DNA of 64,000 nucleotides, from positions 201,756 to 265,755 of IMG/VR virus record IMGVR_UViG_3300028888_000043. One strand, given 5' to 3'. This DNA comes from a virus (Duplodnaviria > Heunggongvirae > Uroviricota > Caudoviricetes). Of the stretch, positions 1-10,535 are shown piece after piece. The notes below the pieces were generated by a model. That model did not search any database. It was not told where the DNA came from and was given only the letters and a program-made list of their open reading frames with translations. Position 1 is the first letter of the stretch, and the number at the start of each line of letters is the position of its first letter. The position numbers were made by a program, and so were the translations under genes.

Positions 1-401
1 TCATCTGTCATATAGAACCCTCCATTTTTAATGTAAGCATAGAACACTATCTTTTCATATGAGTGTTTGTTGTCCATATACTGGAGAAGTCTTTCCATAC
101 TTGCAAGTTCCTCAATAGTCAAACCTAACCATTCAGCATATTCTGGACAAAGGAATTTCTGGATGAATGTACCCATATATACATTATGTATATGATAGTA
201 TAACAAATCTTCTTTTGATATGTTTGCCCAACAGATATAATGAATATTGTCATCTTCTGGATCATGATACTGTGTTTCCAACCAATAGTCCGGGTCATCA
301 TGTATCAGAAGAATGTCTGTATCAGTTGTATAGTCTTCAAAATCTTTGTATCCAGTGAAGATTGCTCTTGAACCAATTATGAATCTTTTTACTTCTTTCA
401 T
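1..401 (-). CDS. Putative Pol-beta-superfamily nucleotidyltransferase (runs off window start; not in ORF track)
   Basis: Manual translation from ATG at 401: MKEVKRFIIGSRAIFTGYKDFEDYTTDTDILL...; hGS...DxD motif; open to position 1. Confidence 0.55.
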   Translation of the reverse strand, partial: MKEVKRFIIGSRAIFTGYKDFEDYTTDTDILLIHDDPDYWLETQYHDPEDDNIHYICWANISKEDLLYYHIHNVYMGTFIQKFLCPEYAEWLGLTIEELASMERLLQYMDNKHSYEKIVFYAYIKNGGFYMTD

Positions 402-404
402 ATT

Positions 405-1259
405 TTATTCTGGTATTGTAAGTTTTGAATATTTTGGATGTATGACGCCTCTTATATTATATTGATTATATTTGAAGGCAGTAGAAATCCAGATTTCATT
501 ACGGCTTGAAAATTCAGCTATATGTAAAAAAGATGCCTTTGAAGTACTGTATATATATTTATTATTTGATGTAGAATATCCAGTAGCGCTTGTTGATGAC
601 CATAGTCTAAAATAATCCAGTACATCTCCACCATCATTATGATCTATACCTGAAAATGTTAAAATATTACCATTTGTTTTTGATGTAAATGTTATAGTAT
701 ATACTTTCTTATTATATGTAGTATTAGTAACATAATTACTTCCCCATGTAGTGTTTGCAGAATTAATCAGTTCACTAAAGTCATCTGCTGTTGGGATACA
801 CCAAACTCCTCCAAATGTTTGCGTGATGATATCATCTTCTGGTTCAAGTATAACTTTATTATCAGCTAAACCATATTTTGTAAATCCATCATCAAGTCCA
901 TCCGATACATTTGATTGTTCTTTACCACCAAATTTATAATTTGTCCAATTGCTTGTTTCTTTATGCTCAAGTTCGCCCCAGGGTAAATAAATACCTTCAT
1001 TCCAACCCAATACAGTACTATCTTTATCTATATAAATTTGTTGAGCACCAAGATTTTTTGTCATCCACAATGTACCTGATGGAAGTCCCAAATCTACATA
1101 TTCAATATTATCTTTATATATATTGTATCTGTTGTAGGTTTTAATGTTCTGGTTATCAGTTGAATTTTTATCAACAACACCTATCCAAGGTTCTTGATAT
1201 TTTGTATCAAGAGCCGTGTTTAGTTCTTGTTCTGAATTGAAATAATGTAGATACTTCAT
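405..1259 (-). CDS. FISUMP/DUF1566-like (C-type lectin fold) protein
   Basis: EYVDLGLPSGTLWMTKNLGA, WCIPTADDFSEL, LWSST, NIRGV motifs. Confidence 0.7.
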   Translation of the reverse strand: MKYLHYFNSEQELNTALDTKYQEPWIGVVDKNSTDNQNIKTYNRYNIYKDNIEYVDLGLPSGTLWMTKNLGAQQIYIDKDSTVLGWNEGIYLPWGELEHKETSNWTNYKFGGKEQSNVSDGLDDGFTKYGLADNKVILEPEDDIITQTFGGVWCIPTADDFSELINSANTTWGSNYVTNTTYNKKVYTITFTSKTNGNILTFSGIDHNDGGDVLDYFRLWSSTSATGYSTSNNKYIYSTSKASFLHIAEFSSRNEIWISTAFKYNQYNIRGVIHPKYSKLTIPE

Positions 1260-1262
1260 ACC

Positions 1263-2261
1263 TTACTCTTCCTCTTCTCCACCACATTCACCATTTTCCA
1301 TCTCTGGATCATAATCCGGGTCATCCGGGTCATCACAAGACTTTTCACCAAACTTGTCATATTTGCAGGATTCCTTGATTGCGGCATAGTCCTCATAGAC
1401 AAACTCATCAAATGTCTTCACAGCATGCTCTGTGAATGATGTGATTTTGTAGATTGTAGAGTCAATAAGGGCAAAGAGTTCATCAATGGTTGAATTGATT
1501 TCACTGTGTTCACCCATTATATACTTGTTTGTTTCAATGAAGTTCTTCAAGTCAAGAAGATACTCTGATTCAGTCTTGTCATCGCCGATGATGCAGTTGA
1601 CAAATGGATCCTCAACCACACCATTGATACCCTGATACTGCTCGATGATATCATCAACAATATCAAGCGCTTTTTCATAGAACTCATTGAGTGCAACATG
1701 TACATGGTGCTTTCTTGTTTTGAGATGATATCTCCAAACAATGGATACACACTCCTGGATGGTACCGAAGAAGTTACCGATAGTCATAGCAGACTGTGTA
1801 GAACAGATGTCAGTAGGTGCTCCATCACAACATTCCGGACCTGGACAGGCATCACCAGGACAACCATCAATAGGTGTCTCATCACCCATTTCAGGAACGA
1901 CATCACTGACAACAGGTGCCGGTTCCTCTGGAAGTTCAACAGGAGTATCGCCAGGTGCAGGGATTACATCATCAGTAGGTGCAAGTGTCACATCTTCTGC
2001 TGGAGGAACAATAGGTTCAGTTACTGGTTTATCAGCATCGTGGACATCAAACACTGGTGGAACAATATCTGCCAGCGGAGCGTCAACTACTGGTTCAGCA
2101 GCAGGTTCAACTGATGGAACATCCTCTGGTTCAATTACAGTATTGTCATCTACCTGTTCCATATTTGGATTTTCATCTTCTGGATTTTCTACTACAACAT
2201 CCTTGACATCAATAGTATCATCTACTACTGGTTCAATTATTGTTTTCTCATCTTTTTCCAT
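1263..2261 (-). CDS. Ferritin/Dps-like domain protein with Pro/acidic N-terminal extension and Glu tail
   Basis: WRYHLKT..HVALNEFYE..DDIIEQYQG helical-bundle motif; low-complexity N-terminal ~150 aa; ends GGEEEE. Confidence 0.6.
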   Translation of the reverse strand: MEKDEKTIIEPVVDDTIDVKDVVVENPEDENPNMEQVDDNTVIEPEDVPSVEPAAEPVVDAPLADIVPPVFDVHDADKPVTEPIVPPAEDVTLAPTDDVIPAPGDTPVELPEEPAPVVSDVVPEMGDETPIDGCPGDACPGPECCDGAPTDICSTQSAMTIGNFFGTIQECVSIVWRYHLKTRKHHVHVALNEFYEKALDIVDDIIEQYQGINGVVEDPFVNCIIGDDKTESEYLLDLKNFIETNKYIMGEHSEINSTIDELFALIDSTIYKITSFTEHAVKTFDEFVYEDYAAIKESCKYDKFGEKSCDDPDDPDYDPEMENGECGGEEEE

Positions 2262-2281
2262 AATAATCTAAATTAAAATTC

Positions 2282-2539
2282 TTATTGCTGTTCGGTGATA
2301 TGAACATTACTTTTCTTGAAGATATATTTAATAGAACCTCTGTCAACAGAATAATCATTACTAATTGTAATCTTTGATGCATCAACATCAGTCCAACCGG
2401 TCAATTCATAATCTGTGAGAGTACTGGTTAAACCTGTAATAGTAATATCTGCATTACTTGATGATGAATCATTATAATGTAAAGTAACATCAAATGTTTC
2501 ACCAGGAACATCATGCTTAAGATTAATTATGTAAGCCAT
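2282..2539 (-). CDS. Small virion protein consisting only of the shared fibre N-terminal domain
   Basis: Start moved to ATG 2539 (MAYIINLKH), which lies downstream of the late promoter at 2566-2573; paralogous to N-termini of 3477-5852 and 5869-7041. Confidence 0.65.
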   Translation of the reverse strand: MAYIINLKHDVPGETFDVTLHYNDSSSSNADITITGLTSTLTDYELTGWTDVDASKITISNDYSVDRGSIKYIFKKSNVHITEQQ

Positions 2540-2565
2540 ATTTATAATAATTTGTTTATGTATAT

Positions 2566-2573
2566 TATTTATG
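2566..2573 (-). promoter_or_regulatory. Late promoter CATAAATA
   Basis: Variant of T4 late box TATAAATA, recurrent upstream of structural genes. Confidence 0.7.
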
Positions 2574-2580
2574 AAAATTT

Positions 2581-3468
2581 TCAATAGACAATGTTCACAT
2601 CATTCAGTCCGAGCGCTTTCAGAAGCATAAATCCCATATAACAATTAGAATGAGGGATATATGAACCATCGACAGAATTTTCACCATAGAACATATATAT
2701 TTCCATTTCATCAGTGTCTATACCGACAGGAAATCCAGCTACCCTGCTGATTGTTGAACAATATTCCGGATGATTCACTCTGTCAAATCCTGCATCACAT
2801 GGATCATCGCCATGGAATAAAAACTGTTGTCCATAAGAACTACTTAATCCAAAATAATGTCTGTATTCATGTATGAGTGCTGGAATTTGTGAATTGCTGG
2901 CATTATATAGAACTATTTTACCTTTATATCCCTCACAATATCCTCCTGAACCAAAAGTTGCACTATCTGGATCAATGTAAAACTTTGCTGAAAAATATGT
3001 TCCATCATTATATGGATGTGGTGTCCTTGCTTCTGTTACCTTATAGTCATAACCAACTGCAATCATCCTGGCCTTAAATTCATTCACAAGTTCATCCATC
3101 GCTTCTTGTGTGGTAGAACCTGATAACACACCATAGTCTTTGAATTCAAAATCTCCAAGAGATACAGTTGTAAATTCCTTTTGACTTGTTTCAGAAGGAA
3201 TACTACTATCTCCTTTTTCTGTGACTACAAGTTTTATCTGATATGTGGTGTTCGGTTCCAATCCATCCAAATCATAAAGTAATGTTTTTGCCCGGAATAA
3301 AGGGAACTCATTTGTCTGGAATGAACTCATCGGACCTTCTTCTGTATAAGTACTAACACCTTTTTTCCGATACAAGATTTTCCATTTTGTTTGTATATTA
3401 TTTACTCTTGCAACTATTTTAATTCTTATCACAGCACAAGTTGCACCTGGAATAATTGAAATGTCCAT
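2581..3468 (-). CDS. FN3-like domain plus HExxH zinc metallopeptidase-like protein
   Basis: LDGLEPNTTYQIKL (FN3 signature); LIHEYRHYFG. Confidence 0.55.
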   Translation of the reverse strand: MDISIIPGATCAVIRIKIVARVNNIQTKWKILYRKKGVSTYTEEGPMSSFQTNEFPLFRAKTLLYDLDGLEPNTTYQIKLVVTEKGDSSIPSETSQKEFTTVSLGDFEFKDYGVLSGSTTQEAMDELVNEFKARMIAVGYDYKVTEARTPHPYNDGTYFSAKFYIDPDSATFGSGGYCEGYKGKIVLYNASNSQIPALIHEYRHYFGLSSSYGQQFLFHGDDPCDAGFDRVNHPEYCSTISRVAGFPVGIDTDEMEIYMFYGENSVDGSYIPHSNCYMGFMLLKALGLNDVNIVY

Positions 3469-3476
3469 AATTGATA

Positions 3477-5852
3477 TTAATTTATTGTTATAATAAATCC
3501 ATCATGGCGGTTACCGTCAGATTCATATTTTTGTGTGGATTTGAAGGTATATGTGAGTCTTGTATTGATTGAAAAATGATTTGACTCTGTAAGAGTAACC
3601 TCATCACCATAAAGACTTGTTACAGTAATTTTATCCTTAATGTCTTGACCCAATAAACATATCTTAAAGTTATCAGATCTTTGTGAAAGGTTTATATTGT
3701 ATGAATGGCCATGATCGGATAAGTCAATTTCTGAAATGACATATGCACAATTGTTGTATTGATAAGCGATATTGGAATAAACACATCTTATATTCTGTGA
3801 TTCTTGAATTACAAAATATCTACAGTTTGTTGGATATAAACTGATGACACCAAATTTTAATCTATCCAAATTATTTGGAAGTATTGAAAATCTCAAATGT
3901 GAATATTTCCTTGCAAGTTCATATGTTATATTTTGAAACATTGATACACTATCAAATGCTATGGTTTTTTGTGTGGAGTATATTCCAGAACCATTATAAT
4001 ATCTGTAATAATTTAAGCATTCAAAGGTGACTTCATTGGATGGATAATCCTTTCCTTCATTATAGTCTCCAGTGTAAAATTTTATTGTATTTCCATCTAT
4101 TACAGCAGCACCATCATCAGCACCAATAAATTCAAGGTCTATATTTGTATTATTGGTACTATATGGAATTATATCAACATTACAGAATATTCCAGAATAA
4201 CTTCTGAATCTTATATTACTATAATGTTCAGAATTACCTGATGCATCAACTTTAATTTCTATATCTTCTGATTTTTCAGAATGTATGGTAAATGTACCAG
4301 TAGTATCAACCATCTCATGAGATGTCATACCATATGCGCCTCGTGTTGCTATGAATATTGAATATTCATTACCGATGTTAATTTGAGAACTACATAAACT
4401 GAAATCTCTCTTTTTTCCTGTATAACCTCCTCTATGCTCACTGGTTACAGATACTGTATAATCAAGTAATTGGTGTTTATCATTTGATATTATTATTGGG
4501 AAATAACCTCTCTCTTGATACAAATGTGTTTGTGTACCATCAGTTTCATTATATGATGAAGGCAATGCCATAGCACTGAGGACAACAGTATCATTCAATA
4601 CAACTGTTATGTTCTCATTTACAGTTCCATCTATTGCAACAATCTGGTCAGTATAGTTTTCAGCAGATACCTTTATCCATAATTTTGATAATGGAGTATA
4701 GAACTTATTGTTTCCTGTGAATGTACCATCTTCTGATGTAACTGGTGTCTCACAAGTTTCATCCTTGTACCACTCTATGGTTGCATTTTCATCTGCTGGA
4801 TCAATGGTTATCTCATAAGAGAAATATTCCTTTTCCAGAATTACATCTTTTGTTGATTCATTTTGTGTGAGATGAACTTTGGTAGGTTTGTAAAAACCAT
4901 CAACATGATATGTTACAACTGCCCATACTTCATTTTTAGATGAGTATAGGGTACCAGCTGGGTCATCCTGTGACAAGAACTTATTATTTTCTGTACAGTC
5001 TTCATTAGTATACCAATCTACTGAATAATTATATATATCCATTGGATCTGTTTCATCTGGTTTATATACATTCAAAGTATATTTGTTTGCACCTGATATG
5101 TAAACTTCTGCCCAAGGTAAATCCTTTGTTATTTTTCCAGATGAAGGGGTTACTGTGAAATTATCTATTGGTTCTAACTTGAACCACACTTCTTCATATA
5201 ATGTTTGGTCTAATGAATTTGACCAGATATGTCCATCTACTCCATCTATAATTCTATGTGATTCATCCAAATCGGAATTACTATACCAGGTCAATTCCAT
5301 TGATTTCATAAGTATTAAATCAATGTCTTCTGGGAAGATGGCATAAGAATATTCTTCTACTTCATGGACAGTACCATTAATATTTACTTCAACCTCTTCA
5401 ATTTCAATGGTACCATCAATATGGACTTCAACTTCTTCCTTCTTTACTGTACCTTCAATGTTTACCTCAACATCTTCTTTCTTGACAGTACCCTCAATGT
5501 TTACTTCAATTTCTTCCTTTCTGATACTACCATTGATATTGACTTCAATCTCCTCTTTCTTGACAGTACCCGTGATTTCAACATTCTGTTCTATTGTTTC
5601 TACTACACTTGCAATGTTGAGATTACCTACAATATATACTTTATTACCTTCATTGATTGAACCTTCAATCTTTACTTTATTGGGATCAATGAATCCACGT
5701 ATGGCGTCCCATCCAGTCAGTTCAACTACCTGGAAAGTATCAGACATATTAACCCCAATAACAGGGAGGTTTAATGAAGGGTCATCATACCTCAAAGTCA
5801 AAGGGAATACCTTGTTTGGAACTTTATGTCTGATTCTTATTTTGTAAGTCAT
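3477..5852 (-). CDS. Putative tail fibre/receptor-binding protein
   Basis: 791 aa, beta-rich, 13-aa repeats, Ig-like segments, downstream of baseplate genes. Confidence 0.5.
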   Translation of the reverse strand: MTYKIRIRHKVPNKVFPLTLRYDDPSLNLPVIGVNMSDTFQVVELTGWDAIRGFIDPNKVKIEGSINEGNKVYIVGNLNIASVVETIEQNVEITGTVKKEEIEVNINGSIRKEEIEVNIEGTVKKEDVEVNIEGTVKKEEVEVHIDGTIEIEEVEVNINGTVHEVEEYSYAIFPEDIDLILMKSMELTWYSNSDLDESHRIIDGVDGHIWSNSLDQTLYEEVWFKLEPIDNFTVTPSSGKITKDLPWAEVYISGANKYTLNVYKPDETDPMDIYNYSVDWYTNEDCTENNKFLSQDDPAGTLYSSKNEVWAVVTYHVDGFYKPTKVHLTQNESTKDVILEKEYFSYEITIDPADENATIEWYKDETCETPVTSEDGTFTGNNKFYTPLSKLWIKVSAENYTDQIVAIDGTVNENITVVLNDTVVLSAMALPSSYNETDGTQTHLYQERGYFPIIISNDKHQLLDYTVSVTSEHRGGYTGKKRDFSLCSSQINIGNEYSIFIATRGAYGMTSHEMVDTTGTFTIHSEKSEDIEIKVDASGNSEHYSNIRFRSYSGIFCNVDIIPYSTNNTNIDLEFIGADDGAAVIDGNTIKFYTGDYNEGKDYPSNEVTFECLNYYRYYNGSGIYSTQKTIAFDSVSMFQNITYELARKYSHLRFSILPNNLDRLKFGVISLYPTNCRYFVIQESQNIRCVYSNIAYQYNNCAYVISEIDLSDHGHSYNINLSQRSDNFKICLLGQDIKDKITVTSLYGDEVTLTESNHFSINTRLTYTFKSTQKYESDGNRHDGFIITIN
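5361..5588 (-). repeat. About 6 x 39-bp coding tandem repeat (EVNIEGTVKKEEV)
   Basis: Visible in translation aa ~89-164 of 3477-5852. Confidence 0.85.
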
Positions 5853-5868
5853 ATATCAATGATTTATT

Positions 5869-7041
5869 TTAGTTGCTTGTGAACAATGAATCTGGAAGTC
5901 CCCATTTGTTCTGCTTTGCCTGATTGTATACATCTGAATAAATACCATGATTATGATTATCATTGAAGACAACAATCTTCAGGATATTATCAGAATAAAG
6001 AGGCATTGTTACATAGTGGTTACCAAGAGTTTGCCAGTCTGTCATACTCATAAATGAGATACCATCAGCAGTGATAACATATTGTCTTCCCTTTTCAAGT
6101 CTTACTCTTACAAATGTATCATTGCTCAAAATCTTTACACCATCAACATAGATGTTACCTTTACATGGTCTGAAAGATGTACTTGATTCAGTATAATCTG
6201 GTGCAAAAGTGATTGATAACACATCTGCATTTTCATCAGGACCATCATAAACATTTACTATTGTATCAGTCTTGTCAGGTATTCTGATGTCAATAGTACA
6301 CAATCTATATTCACGTCTTAATAATCCATAAGAAGCAGAACCATTCTTTCTTCCTTCTTCATTGATAGATTGGGATCCAACAATTGCTTTTTCCCAAGTC
6401 TGAAATCTTGCATACTGTGAGTTTGCTTCAAGAAGAATACTATTAAAATAAATAGAACCATAAGTTATTCTTCCCTTATATCCAGAAGGTGTTCTTTGAC
6501 CAAGAAATGCACCCTTCATAATTGTACCATATTCTGCTGCAAAATCATCATCATTTGGGTAATGAGTTGAATTATAAGTAGTGTTTCTAATAGAATATGT
6601 TATATCATAAAGATGTTTTGATTCATCTTCACAAATCAATTGTCCAATTGCTGTATTGTAATTTCCAGTTGAATAACTTGAATTAAATTCAGCAATAATA
6701 GCTTCTTGATTACTTTGTACAGATGTATCAATAGATACTTCTTCATTCATTGCCTCATCAATAACTTCTTGGTCAGAAGTATATGCGCCTTTACCAATAT
6801 TGATACCTACAGATTCAATAACATAAATTTTGTCATTGATTTCATACTGTGGTTCTCTAATCTTTATTTTTTCAATATCAAGACCTTCATCACCAGGTTC
6901 CCAACCAACTAATTGAATAGTTTGTGGTTGGTCAGTCAATGTGATAGGGATTTCAGGGAAATTATCATTTGATTCATATTTCAAATGTAAATCCATACTT
7001 ACACCTTCAATGTTGTGTTTAATGTTTATTCTGTAAGCCAT
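5869..7041 (-). CDS. Putative tail fibre/baseplate-associated protein
   Basis: Shared N-terminal domain MAYRINIKH...QLVGW; operon context. Confidence 0.45.
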   Translation of the reverse strand: MAYRINIKHNIEGVSMDLHLKYESNDNFPEIPITLTDQPQTIQLVGWEPGDEGLDIEKIKIREPQYEINDKIYVIESVGINIGKGAYTSDQEVIDEAMNEEVSIDTSVQSNQEAIIAEFNSSYSTGNYNTAIGQLICEDESKHLYDITYSIRNTTYNSTHYPNDDDFAAEYGTIMKGAFLGQRTPSGYKGRITYGSIYFNSILLEANSQYARFQTWEKAIVGSQSINEEGRKNGSASYGLLRREYRLCTIDIRIPDKTDTIVNVYDGPDENADVLSITFAPDYTESSTSFRPCKGNIYVDGVKILSNDTFVRVRLEKGRQYVITADGISFMSMTDWQTLGNHYVTMPLYSDNILKIVVFNDNHNHGIYSDVYNQAKQNKWGLPDSLFTSN

Positions 7042-7064
7042 ATTATTAAATTATTTTATTGCAT

Positions 7065-10000
7065 TTAATTATTTTCTTCAAGTGTTCCGTCAACATCAAC
7101 TGGGATTGTTTCAGTACCGGAGTCTATTGTACCGTCAACATCAACTGGAATTACTTCAGTACCAGAATCTATTGTGCCATCAACTGTGACAGGTATTGTT
7201 TCAGTACTGGAGTCTATTGTACCATTAACATCAACCGGGATTGTTTCAGTACCAGAATCTATTGTTCCATCAACATCAACAGGGATTACTTCTGAACCAG
7301 ATTCCAAAGTACCATCAACATCAACTGGGATTATAGTATAGTTAATTTTAACAGTACCATCAATATTGACATCTACCTCTTCTTTTATAGTACCATCAAT
7401 ATTGACATCTACATCAAGAGTATCTGTATTGAATATAGTACCCTCAACATCAATGTTTACAGTTTCTTCTCCTGGTTCTGGCTCATATCTCACTGAACCG
7501 GTGATAGTAACATCATGTTCTGTTGGTGGTGTAGTAATATCTCTTACAGTACCTTCAATACCAACTTCAATTTCTTCTCTTAATGTACCTTCAATACCAA
7601 CTTCAACCTCATCAAGTTTACGTCTTACACGTCCATGGAGAGATACTTGTCTTTGTCTCTGTTCAAATCTGACTTTACCGGTAATGGTTACATCATGTTG
7701 TTTAGGATGCTCCCTGACTGAACCATAAATAGAGACCACAGTGATTGGTGTCAAATTCTCTTCATCAGCTGGAACAATATAATCCGGGTCATCATTATAG
7801 AATGAATTGAATTCATTGAGTTCTTTGAGAAGATTCTGTTCAAGAAGATAGTCATAATCCTTCTTGAATGTCTGGTATAACTTATAGTTTGCAGCCTTGT
7901 CAACTACAATTATGTTTCTTGACAATGTGTACTTGTTTCCAAGTTTATCCTCAAGGTCAAGAGTAACAGTGTAGTTTCCTTCTTTCTTTAACAACAGTGT
8001 AAGGTATCTACCACCTTTATTGTTTTGGTCTTTTGGCCATCTTTTTTCAATACCTGTTGTATTGTTTTTTATTCTCCATTGTGGATTGACCTTACCTGCA
8101 ATCTTACTGTATTCATATCCGAGAATGAACCAGGTGTATGGTTTCACATCAACACCATTCCTGATGTATCTGGTGTATTTTGTGAGAGGTACCAGTTTTG
8201 ACATTTCCCAGGTGATGTTGTCTGCCATATACCATTCATCGTCCACATTCTCATTGTAATATGGACCAGTGTTGGTCATATGACCTTCTGCATCATATAA
8301 AGGAACAGACATATCATCAGGATATGTAAAATCAGTTCTTTCAGATACTGCCCAACCATACATCTTCTCAATATTCTTCTGGATGAAACTGTACATCTGA
8401 CTGTCTGCATCAAGAGGATATTTGATGTTCTTTGGAAGTTCACGGATGTCATAGTAGAATCCAAGCATTTCAATGTTATATGGTTCTACCTTGATACACT
8501 TTTTCTTTGTTCTCTTCTGTCCATGTACCTCCATTGTGACATCATAGTAACCAATATAAGGAAGTTCAAGGAAGAATTGACCTGTCCTGTCAGTGTCAGT
8601 CCAAACCTTTTCAAAATCTTTGTGTTCATACTGTAAGGTAATTCCGGCAACTTTTAGGTCATCATCATATTGATTGTCAGGTTCTGACATCTTCACAGTC
8701 CATTTGATTAAATTGAGGTCATATACATATTCAATGTTATCAAATGTGTAATGTTGTATATTGTTATAATTTGTAGTACCCTCATCATAATATGTTTGTA
8801 ACCCACCAGGAGTCTGTTCCATTGGGGTTTCAAAGTCCATAGCATGACCATCAGATGTTGATGTCGGATAGTTTGGCTGACCATTACTGTCAGTGTCTGT
8901 ATAATTATAAGTTGTACAATCAAATTTCAGGTCACTGTTGTCAAATGTAATCGTAGAATAATCATTACATCTCAAAACCACCTTGGCAGAGAATCTTTCT
9001 GCATCAGAATAATAAGCATATTCTTCATTATCAAGGTTTTTATAATCATATGTGTAATCATCATTGTCCTCTATTTCCTTGAACATTGTATGATTCTCAC
9101 AGGTGTCTTCATAGAATTTGAGATAATAATCACACAACTGTGTATTTGACAATGATGCCATAGCATAGGTATGATTATTCAAATACACATTATTAGTATT
9201 CAAATAATCATTGACAGAATCATTCAACAGGTCAGAAAGCATCTGATTCTGTAAAGGAACATTGTCTTGACCTTCATTTTTCTTGATACTGATGTATCTG
9301 TTGAAATACTCATTATCAGTGATATGCGCATATTTTTTAGGATAGACATTGAAGTCAATATCCCAATCACTCACTGTTGTGTCAATGTCAGAAAATTCAC
9401 CTACCTTATAGATGGACTGGATACCGAAATAGTTACCCTCACCTATGATGTCAATAATCCTGCTGGATCCAGGCATAAACTCCTTGTTGAGTTTTTTCCT
9501 GAGGGCAAACAACTTGATGAGAGCTTCCTCTATGGTGTAGGTAAATTGTTCCTTCACCTTTGGAAGTTCCCATTCATCAATCTCTCCTGTTGGCTTGTTG
9601 ATGTCATAGACAAGGGCAAGGGCATTGACTTTCCTGTAATCCTTGTTTGGAAGTACGATTCGTCTCGCACCGATGGTTAATGCCTCTTTCTTTTTGAGAC
9701 TGTATCTTGAACTGTGATATATCTTACCGAAATTCTCATCATTCCTGTTGATGTTCCTCCAGTACTCAATGATGTTCAGGTTGTCATAACCGAAGAACTT
9801 GATGGCATTGATGATAGCCTTGTATGAACCTATATATGGATAGATGTTACTACCTTCCAGCATCAACTCCTTTCTCTTCTCATTGAGAAGGATATAGTCA
9901 GGCATATATTCCTTGATGTCACTCTTGTAGAACATTATAGTGTCTTCCGGAGTGATGTTGTAACCAAGGTTGGCATTCCATATCTTCAACCTTTCATCTT

Positions 10001-10535
10001 CCTCCACAGTCTCTGCATAGAACTTTATCCTGGCGATTGTCTTGTTGTTGTAAGACATAACCAGAGTCCTTGTGTAAGTGGTGGCATCATGCTTTTCATT
10101 TGCCCTGAATGCTATATGAACAGGAAGTGCCTTTGGAGTAAGATTGTTATCAAGATATACATCATATGTATCAAACCTGTTGATAATAAGTGTATTACAG
10201 TCCGGACCATCATTAGGTGTATAGATAAGTGCAGATGTTTCTTTGATGGTATAAGTCTCATCAAAGTTGAACATAAAGAACTCATCAACAAAGGTATTCT
10301 GTGTATCCCAACTGAATGTTATCTTACCAGGACCGGAAGGAAAACTGAACTCATTGGAGAATGTATCATCATTATTGGGTGTCTCTTCAAGAATATAGAT
10401 GGTTGTATTGGCATATAGACCTACACTGACCTTGGGAAGATAAATCATACCTTCCCAGTATCCCTGTCTACTATTCCAATCAAAGTTAAGATTGTAACCG
10501 TTATAGTTGAAAAATTGTAACTTCCTTACATCCAT
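7065..10535 (-). CDS. Baseplate wedge protein (gp7-like) with PKD-like segments and C-terminal repeat tail
   Basis: IGSYKAIINAIKFFG resembles gp7/P2-I motif; GNYTVTLDLED PKD-like; follows gp6. Confidence 0.55.
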   Translation of the reverse strand: MDVRKLQFFNYNGYNLNFDWNSRQGYWEGMIYLPKVSVGLYANTTIYILEETPNNDDTFSNEFSFPSGPGKITFSWDTQNTFVDEFFMFNFDETYTIKETSALIYTPNDGPDCNTLIINRFDTYDVYLDNNLTPKALPVHIAFRANEKHDATTYTRTLVMSYNNKTIARIKFYAETVEEDERLKIWNANLGYNITPEDTIMFYKSDIKEYMPDYILLNEKRKELMLEGSNIYPYIGSYKAIINAIKFFGYDNLNIIEYWRNINRNDENFGKIYHSSRYSLKKKEALTIGARRIVLPNKDYRKVNALALVYDINKPTGEIDEWELPKVKEQFTYTIEEALIKLFALRKKLNKEFMPGSSRIIDIIGEGNYFGIQSIYKVGEFSDIDTTVSDWDIDFNVYPKKYAHITDNEYFNRYISIKKNEGQDNVPLQNQMLSDLLNDSVNDYLNTNNVYLNNHTYAMASLSNTQLCDYYLKFYEDTCENHTMFKEIEDNDDYTYDYKNLDNEEYAYYSDAERFSAKVVLRCNDYSTITFDNSDLKFDCTTYNYTDTDSNGQPNYPTSTSDGHAMDFETPMEQTPGGLQTYYDEGTTNYNNIQHYTFDNIEYVYDLNLIKWTVKMSEPDNQYDDDLKVAGITLQYEHKDFEKVWTDTDRTGQFFLELPYIGYYDVTMEVHGQKRTKKKCIKVEPYNIEMLGFYYDIRELPKNIKYPLDADSQMYSFIQKNIEKMYGWAVSERTDFTYPDDMSVPLYDAEGHMTNTGPYYNENVDDEWYMADNITWEMSKLVPLTKYTRYIRNGVDVKPYTWFILGYEYSKIAGKVNPQWRIKNNTTGIEKRWPKDQNNKGGRYLTLLLKKEGNYTVTLDLEDKLGNKYTLSRNIIVVDKAANYKLYQTFKKDYDYLLEQNLLKELNEFNSFYNDDPDYIVPADEENLTPITVVSIYGSVREHPKQHDVTITGKVRFEQRQRQVSLHGRVRRKLDEVEVGIEGTLREEIEVGIEGTVRDITTPPTEHDVTITGSVRYEPEPGEETVNIDVEGTIFNTDTLDVDVNIDGTIKEEVDVNIDGTVKINYTIIPVDVDGTLESGSEVIPVDVDGTIDSGTETIPVDVNGTIDSSTETIPVTVDGTIDSGTEVIPVDVDGTIDSGTETIPVDVDGTLEENN
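7068..7335 (-). repeat. 6 x 45-bp coding tandem repeat (TIPVDVDGTIDSGTE)
   Basis: C-terminal translation; looser VxIxGTV units continue upstream to ~7745. Confidence 0.9.

Noticed and set aside
2540-2584. Upstream 15 codons of ORF 2282-2584
   Set aside because: They span the late promoter; paralogues start at the MAY/MTY position, so ATG 2539 is preferred
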